Shown piece after piece: positions 53,966 through 58,722 of a stretch of 58,722 nt of DNA (the stretch's first letter is position 1; each line of letters begins with the position of its first letter). The position numbers and the translations under genes were made by a program. The notes under the pieces are model-generated. The model saw only the letters and a list, made by a program, of their open reading frames with translations. It searched no databases and was not told the origin of the DNA. Source of the stretch: an uncultured bacterium (lineage in GTDB: Bacteria > Armatimonadota > UBA5829); assembly GCA_964523735.1 (NCBI GenBank), contig CAZFYZ010000007.1, positions 1 to 58,722 on the forward strand. Direction: 5' to 3'.

Positions 53966-55509
53966 TTACTCTCGACCCTCCCTTCGACTCCGTTTGGGAC
54001 ATGCCTCGCCTGAAGGAAGCGGCACGCCGGAGTGTCGAAGGTTACCTCCGCATGCGTGACTCCGCAGCGATTGGTCTCGTCACCGAAGTAGGCGCAAGCA
54101 TCACAGACCTGGCCTGCGTGTTCGCCGCTTGCGAAGATCCCGGCCCACGCAGCTTCCGAGCGCGATCCGACTGGAGGGTTCTTGGCCGGGTCGAGCCCGA
54201 GCATCTCCTGGGCGCTCTCGATACTCATTATTCCGGCCACCACCATGTCGACTATGGGCTTCACCTGCTTCTCATCAAGCAGATCCACCGACTGACCTTC
54301 GCTGAGCCGGTTGGCCTGCTCGATATCCGGGTCCAGGTCCATCTTGAGCTGTAGGCTGGACTTACTGATGAGCTTGCGGTCGTAGAGCTCGATGAGGAGC
54401 TTCTTAAAATCCACGGCGTCTGTCGGATCGAGATCGTTGAAGAGGAACTGCATGCTCTTGCCCGCGTGCCCGGAGAGCTCGATCCAGTCGTCATATATCC
54501 ACTCAAGAATCGTGCGAGCGGCATGCTTTATCTCCCGGATCATGATGAGCATCTTCTGCATCGAGACCGAGGCCGTGGCGAAGTTGGGACCGTCACCCGT
54601 AACCAATGACCGCGAAAGGCCCAGCGCCACAACGATGTCTTCCTTGACCTCTTTGACCTTATCCTCGACATTCAGGACTTGGCCTTCGGTCCCATGGGTT
54701 TCCACCGTCACATAGAAAGGCACCACGAGGCCACTCTTGAGGTCCATTTTGTTGACCATGTCCCGAACCTGCTCGAGCATCTTCTGGTCGGGCATCACCA
54801 GCTTCTGGCCGAATGCTCCGCCGACCTTGAGGAGTCGAAATGGAGTCGCCCAACGTTTGGCAATGGCCTGTTCCGCGCGCCGATAATCCCTGAGTAGCTC
54901 AATGGATTGGAAAGCGGGAAGCACGAGCGAGTTACCGCGAGGTGAGAACTCAGGGGCGTCCCACTTGATGTGCAGCGTCTGTTCCACCGGCAGCGCAAGC
55001 CCTTCACCGGCCGCCGGTGTGTCCTCGGGATACTGCCGTACCTCAAGGAGTTGTCCTTGCGAATACTTCACCTTGACTGATACTGGGTTGACGCAAGTGA
55101 CCTCCTCGATATCGCATCCATCCTTGGTATAGCGCTTGAAACCTACAGCATCACCCTTCACCAGAAGCTGGAGGATCATGTCTTTCACGAACTCAGAGAT
55201 GCCGAGTTTGTCAGCGAGTTCATTAGCCTCAGTCTTTACCACGTCTTCGTCGCTTGTGATCTTTATCTCATCTCCCACGGCGAACGTGCGCCAGGAGTTG
55301 ACGCAGTTTTTGACGAGCGGCTCCTCGACATAGTACTCCCAGGCTTTGCGCGCCCGGTCTTCCCAGGAAGCGGGAATTGCATCGTTGGCGCTCACGCCGC
55401 TAAAGGCGGACGCGTCGAGTGCGGCAGCGCTGGCCAGTGCGGGAACCACGATTGCGTATGTTGAGTTCTGCTCCTGGAACTCCTGGTCTTCAGAGTTGGT
55501 GCTATTCAA
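53962..55509 (-). CDS. portal protein
   Basis: Lies between the TerL and MuF genes. The stop overlaps the MuF start (ATGA). Start reassigned to a TTG at 55509 with AGGAGGA 5 nt upstream. The 47 upstream codons of the track ORF are Arg/Cys-rich and run into the divergent promoter. Confidence 0.8.
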   Translation of the reverse strand: MNSTNSEDQEFQEQNSTYAIVVPALASAAALDASAFSGVSANDAIPASWEDRARKAWEYYVEEPLVKNCVNSWRTFAVGDEIKITSDEDVVKTEANELADKLGISEFVKDMILQLLVKGDAVGFKRYTKDGCDIEEVTCVNPVSVKVKYSQGQLLEVRQYPEDTPAAGEGLALPVEQTLHIKWDAPEFSPRGNSLVLPAFQSIELLRDYRRAEQAIAKRWATPFRLLKVGGAFGQKLVMPDQKMLEQVRDMVNKMDLKSGLVVPFYVTVETHGTEGQVLNVEDKVKEVKEDIVVALGLSRSLVTGDGPNFATASVSMQKMLIMIREIKHAARTILEWIYDDWIELSGHAGKSMQFLFNDLDPTDAVDFKKLLIELYDRKLISKSSLQLKMDLDPDIEQANRLSEGQSVDLLDEKQVKPIVDMVVAGIMSIESAQEMLGLDPAKNPPVGSRSEAAWAGIFASGEHAGQVCDACAYFGDETNRCGVTHAEVTFDTPACRFLQARHVPNGVEGRVESK

Positions 55510-55639
55510 TCTTGTCCTCCTGTCGGATGTAGCGTTTGTTCGCGCCACGTTCGCCAACGTCGCGCGAGTGCACCGAAGTGCGGTAAATCGGCCGAGCGCA
55601 CAAGCAGGGCGCGAGTAGTCGGCAAAGTGAAGTCTCATG

Positions 55640-55667
55640 TTGCGCCGCACAGGCTTTGTGGTATAAT
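55640..55667 (+). promoter_or_regulatory. sigma70-like promoter for the toxin-antitoxin pair
   Basis: TTGCGC (55640-55645), a 16-nt spacer, then an extended -10 TGGTATAAT (TATAAT at 55662-55667), 43 nt upstream of the antitoxin ATG. Confidence 0.4.
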
Positions 55668-55680
55668 AGAAATAGCTAAT

Positions 55681-55695
55681 TTCGCAATTTGCGAA
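55681..55695. promoter_or_regulatory. palindrome TTCGCAA-T-TTGCGAA, candidate antitoxin operator
   Basis: Perfect 7-bp inverted arms between the putative -10 and the antitoxin RBS. A third half-site, TTTCGCA, overlaps the start codon. Confidence 0.35.
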
Positions 55696-55709
55696 TCTTG
55701 GAGTTTCGC

Positions 55710-55982
55710 ATGTTACTCAAACTTAGAAAGAACGCTCAGATCACGCTTCCGGCCAATATCCGCAAGTCAGCACATCTCGAAGACGGTGATGTTCTGGATT
55801 GTGAGGTTCGCGATGGTCAGATAGTGCTCACACCCAAGAAGCTCATCGACAAGCGCGACGCTTGGTTTTGGACACCTGAATGGCAGCAGGCCGAAGCGCA
55901 GGCTCAGAAAGATATCCAGGAAGGAAACGTCCGCGAATTCGAATCCGTTGACGATCTGCTCGGACATCTCAAGGGAGATTAG
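55710..55982 (+). CDS. AbrB/MazE/SpoVT-family antitoxin
   Basis: MLLKLRKNAQITLPANIRKSAHLEDGDVLDCEVRDGQIVLTP is a SpoVT-AbrB looped-hinge-helix pattern. GGAG lies 7 nt upstream of the ATG. Confidence 0.8.
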   Translation: MLLKLRKNAQITLPANIRKSAHLEDGDVLDCEVRDGQIVLTPKKLIDKRDAWFWTPEWQQAEAQAQKDIQEGNVREFESVDDLLGHLKGD

Positions 55983-55985
55983 TCC

Positions 55986-56246
55986 GTGCGATTTGTCATC
56001 ACACATCGATTCGCTGACGCTTACCGCGCCTTGCCTGCAAGTCTGCAGAAGAAGACCGACAAAGCCCTGCGCTTTCTTGCCGAGAACCCCGCTCACCCGT
56101 CTCTTCGTCTGAAGAAAGTCCAGGGCGTCCAAGGCATATGGGAAGCGAGAGTCGACAGGTCCTGTAGGATGACTCTTGAGGTCCATTCCGATCACTATCT
56201 CCTTCGAAACGTCGGCAAACACGATGAGACTCTGGGCGATCCATAG
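55986..56246 (+). CDS. RelE/ParE-superfamily toxin
   Basis: 86 aa. F..AYRALPASLQKKTDKALRFLAENPAHPSLRLKKVQGVQGIWEARVDRSCRMTLEV..DHYLLRNVGKHDE is the typical RelE/ParE layout. It starts 4 nt after the antitoxin stop. Confidence 0.75.
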   Translation: MRFVITHRFADAYRALPASLQKKTDKALRFLAENPAHPSLRLKKVQGVQGIWEARVDRSCRMTLEVHSDHYLLRNVGKHDETLGDP

Positions 56247-56258
56247 AGCTGAGCCACA

Positions 56259-57782
56259 TCAAAGAAAGATCGGGTTCGTCAGTACCGGCATCACCGAGAC
56301 TGTCTCCTCACTCACCGTATCAAGGGTCGCCTGCCCGTGGGCGAGCATCGCGCAGCGCACCGCGTCTATGATGTGGTCGTTTCCCTTTGAGTAGATGATG
56401 TTGCCGTTTGAGAGTGTATAGGTGTGCGTCGTGAACTGATCCTCGACTTCCGAGTCATCAGCTGGCAAGATGATCTGACGCCTTTGCAGACCGCCATTGA
56501 TGAGCGTAGTCATCAGTTCCTTGGTGCGTTTCCTGACCTCGCGCCCATCCCTTACCGCGAGGGTGGTCACTCCGCCGAAGTCATATCCACGCAAACGCCC
56601 CTCAAGCTGGAGCGGCTTATACTTGTCGAGCGTTAGCAGTTCCTGGACGACTGCAAGGCCATTGCCGCCGTTATCGATGCCGATGCCGACGGGAGTGAAG
56701 TATCTTTCGAGAAGCGAGAGCACCTGCGCGATATGCGGGTACGAGACATGCTCCATGTGGATTCGCAGAATCATCGTCATGACCCGCCTGTCCGCGACGT
56801 CGTCCTCCCGGAACACTACAATCTCCGTCGGATCGTTGGTGTAGCCCAGGTCGCCACCTATCCAGAACACTCCGGTCTGAGGCATAAGATTGAGGAGCAG
56901 CTCTATCCGGTCATAGGATTCTTCTTCCGTTTCGCACCCGCGCAGATCACTTCCGATCAGAGATATCTTCCGATACTCGACAAGGTGCTGTCTGCAGAGG
57001 CTCAGATGCTCGATGTTGAATGCTCCGTATGACGGCTTACCGTGTTCTCCTGCGACCTCATGCTGCCAGCCGGCCGTGTCTCTGCCGCCATAGAATTCCT
57101 GGAGTTCTGCTTCCCGTTCATCATTCCAATTGGGATTCAGCCACGAGGGCCACCGGAACACCTTGAATTGGGCTGAACTCGTGAGCCGGTAGTAGGTCGT
57201 GTCGCGAAGCCCGTTGGGCGTCGAGTAGATGCGAAGCGTACCTCCCGCTCTGAGGCATTGTCGCAGGGCCTTCCATGCCTTTTCGGTCAGCCACGCACCC
57301 TCATCGACCCATACGCGCCCAACGTGCAGCGACCGGAACGCATCACCATAGGTGCTGGCTGGTCGGAAGTACAGCACAGAGCCGTTGGTGAACTCCAGTC
57401 GGAAGTAGGGCTTGCGATATATCTTGGGCTTGCCGAACTTAGTGAGCGCAATGCTCCTCATCAGCTCGGGGTTAGAATCGAGCTGAAACTCTATCTCCTC
57501 GATAAGACTGTCCAGATGCCCCTGATGCGGAGCAGCGACGAGACCTTGCGTACCGCGCGTCGTAAACGCGAAGTGCAGAGCGTCGGTCGTGATATTCACG
57601 CTCTTCCCGGCGTCACGCCCATCCAAGTGGATAATGTTTCTATCTTGGCATTTCAGATCCTCGATCTGGTGGGGCCAATAGCTGCGCGCGGAGCCGTCCC
57701 GGTTGCGCAGGTATCTCTCTCCCCACAGCACCGGGTCTCGCAGCGACATTCCCAGCCGCATTTCCTCGCTTGATATAACCAA
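56259..57782 (-). CDS. terL: terminase large subunit
   Basis: 507-aa ORF. Walker A-like LDGRDAGKS. An ATPase N-terminal half and a RNaseH-like nuclease C-terminal half (IGIDNGGNG...DHIIDAVRCA). First gene of the morphogenesis block. Confidence 0.85.
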   Translation of the reverse strand: MVISSEEMRLGMSLRDPVLWGERYLRNRDGSARSYWPHQIEDLKCQDRNIIHLDGRDAGKSVNITTDALHFAFTTRGTQGLVAAPHQGHLDSLIEEIEFQLDSNPELMRSIALTKFGKPKIYRKPYFRLEFTNGSVLYFRPASTYGDAFRSLHVGRVWVDEGAWLTEKAWKALRQCLRAGGTLRIYSTPNGLRDTTYYRLTSSAQFKVFRWPSWLNPNWNDEREAELQEFYGGRDTAGWQHEVAGEHGKPSYGAFNIEHLSLCRQHLVEYRKISLIGSDLRGCETEEESYDRIELLLNLMPQTGVFWIGGDLGYTNDPTEIVVFREDDVADRRVMTMILRIHMEHVSYPHIAQVLSLLERYFTPVGIGIDNGGNGLAVVQELLTLDKYKPLQLEGRLRGYDFGGVTTLAVRDGREVRKRTKELMTTLINGGLQRRQIILPADDSEVEDQFTTHTYTLSNGNIIYSKGNDHIIDAVRCAMLAHGQATLDTVSEETVSVMPVLTNPIFL

Positions 57783-57877
57783 TCTCAGTTCCTCTTCTTT
57801 CCGACGACATCCCCCTTGACTTCACTGGCACATCCAAGCGTGAATGTGAACCACACGAACTCCCAGGAGGTATCCAA

Positions 57878-58273
57878 ATGTCAGATGTCACTTTGCACAG
57901 CGCCGCGAAAACCTATCTTGAGCATCTCAAGGACCAGGGCAAGACCGAGCGCACCCTCTACACCTATGGAAAGGACTTCGAACAGATCGAAGCGTTCTTC
58001 GGCCCCGACAAGAAGCTCACGTCGATTCTGACCCCGCACGTCTCGGGCTTTCTCAAATCGGACGCTCTTCTGAAAATGCCCAGCGGCAAGGAGCGGTCTG
58101 AGCCGACCGTCAAGAAAACCGTGCGCATCTTTCGCATGTTCCTGGTCTGGTGCCAGGAGCAGAATTACATCACTAAGCTCCCACTTCCAAAGGACACGCC
58201 TATGGGCCGAAGCCTCAAGACTGAACAGGAGGTGAGCCATGCCGAACCCAATCCGGCTACTGCAGCCGACTGA
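57878..58273 (+). CDS. stand-alone integrase N-terminal SAM-like (core-binding) domain protein
   Basis: AAKTYLEHLKDQGKTERTLYTYGKDFEQIEAFF...VKKTVRIFRMFLVWCQEQNYI is the Phage_int_SAM pattern. There is no catalytic domain. The RBS GGAGG precedes the ATG. Confidence 0.6.
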   Translation: MSDVTLHSAAKTYLEHLKDQGKTERTLYTYGKDFEQIEAFFGPDKKLTSILTPHVSGFLKSDALLKMPSGKERSEPTVKKTVRIFRMFLVWCQEQNYITKLPLPKDTPMGRSLKTEQEVSHAEPNPATAAD

Positions 58274-58722
58274 CGATCTCAGGCAAGCGATTGACAGCTT
58301 CGCGGTAAGGCTTCGGGCGCAAGGTCGCTCGGAGCACACTATCTCTGCCTACCTACGCGACCTGCGATGCTTTGCCAGGGCGCTCCGCGCTGCGAGCGTC
58401 GTCAGTGTTACACCGGCGATGATTGACTGCGCCCTCGTCGATCCGGCAGTCGCCTGCTGCGAAAATGGCACTCCCAAGTCGGCTGCGACAATGCATCGGC
58501 TTAGGGCAGTGGTCCGCTCGTTCTTTGCGTGGGCTGCCGAGAGCGGTCTGATAGACTGCAGCCCGGCCACGGCCGTCACGACGAAGCGCCTCTCCAGAAC
58601 ACCGCCCCAGTTCCTGACCGAAGCTGAGAAGCGCAGGCTCCTCAAGGAGCTTCACGACCGAGTGAGCCCACTGGCACGTCGCGACCGAGTCATCTTTGAA
58701 CTGCTCCTCGGCACTGGAATTC
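58239..58722 (+). CDS. tyrosine recombinase (XerC/XerD-like integrase), 3' end beyond window
   Basis: Manual translation from an ATG with AGGAGGTG upstream gives MPNPIRLLQPTDDLRQAIDSFAVRLRAQGRSEHTISAYLRDLRCFARAL...LTEAEKRRLLKEL...ARRDRVIFELLLGTGI. This covers a SAM-like domain plus the box with the first catalytic Arg. It stays open to the window end. Confidence 0.8.
   Translation, partial: MPNPIRLLQPTDDLRQAIDSFAVRLRAQGRSEHTISAYLRDLRCFARALRAASVVSVTPAMIDCALVDPAVACCENGTPKSAATMHRLRAVVRSFFAWAAESGLIDCSPATAVTTKRLSRTPPQFLTEAEKRRLLKELHDRVSPLARRDRVIFELLLGTGI

Larger units (their letters stand above)
12367..58722. mobile_element. prophage-like element (contractile tail, HK97-fold head) with accessory island; right boundary not in window
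   Basis: An integrase remnant at the left, 40 kb of collinear phage morphogenesis genes, and recombinase genes at the right. The flanking left region encodes ordinary exported host proteins. Confidence 0.65.

Noticed and set aside
55510-55650. 47-codon N-terminal extension of the portal ORF given by the ORF track.
   Set aside because: The extension is Arg/Cys-rich and runs through the divergent TA promoter. A TTG with a perfect AGGAGGA RBS at 55509 gives a more plausible start.
1-58722. Scan for CRISPR arrays, rRNA and tRNA genes.
   Set aside because: No regularly spaced direct repeats, no rRNA-like conserved blocks, and no GGTTCGAATCC-type T-arm with a matching acceptor stem was seen. The only GGTTCGG, near 1966, lacks flanking stems.

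Overview
All calls were made by eye from the ORF translations and the DNA; no searches were run. The window joins a chromosomal secreted-protein locus to a large prophage-like element.

Left part, 1-12.3 kb:
- Decayed mobile DNA: an IS3 OrfA stub, a probably 5'-truncated SF2 DECH helicase, and an HExxH peptidase.
- One minus-strand operon of exported proteins: a 549-aa Ig-like protein, two PEP-CTERM proteins, and a 1594-aa protein with BNR/Asp-box repeats. This points to a diderm host with an exosortase system.

From about 12.37 kb to the right edge:
- A frameshifted, internally deleted tyrosine integrase remnant.
- An accessory island holding (a) an amidoligase / class-II Ntn glutamine amidotransferase / gamma-glutamylcyclotransferase / XRE operon and (b) a divergent pair of PD-(D/E)xK nuclease-like genes.
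- A 40-kb minus-strand myovirus morphogenesis block. Its order is TerL, portal, MuF, scaffold/protease, DUF2190 decoration, HK97-fold capsid, connectors, sheath, tube, chaperone with a clear U UUU UUG -1 frameshift, tape measure, gpD, gpV spike, PAAR, gp25/W, J, I and fibres.
- Tyrosine recombinase genes at the right edge.

Most unusual observations:
1. The scaffold/prohead-protease slot holds a 1193-aa fusion carrying two tandem Dam-like (DPPY) DNA methyltransferase modules.
2. The MuF head protein is 1533 aa. It carries five HeH/SAP-like repeats, a kinase-like module and a possible ART-like C-terminus, and is followed by two small candidate immunity genes.
3. The uncharacterised amidoligase cassette has a GAAC-N4-GTTC palindrome in its leader.
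4. An opposite-strand AbrB/RelE toxin-antitoxin module is wedged between terminase and portal.
5. Membrane, Sec-exported and nucleoside-transferase-like genes are interspersed in the tail and connector modules.

No rRNA, tRNA or CRISPR array was recognised.
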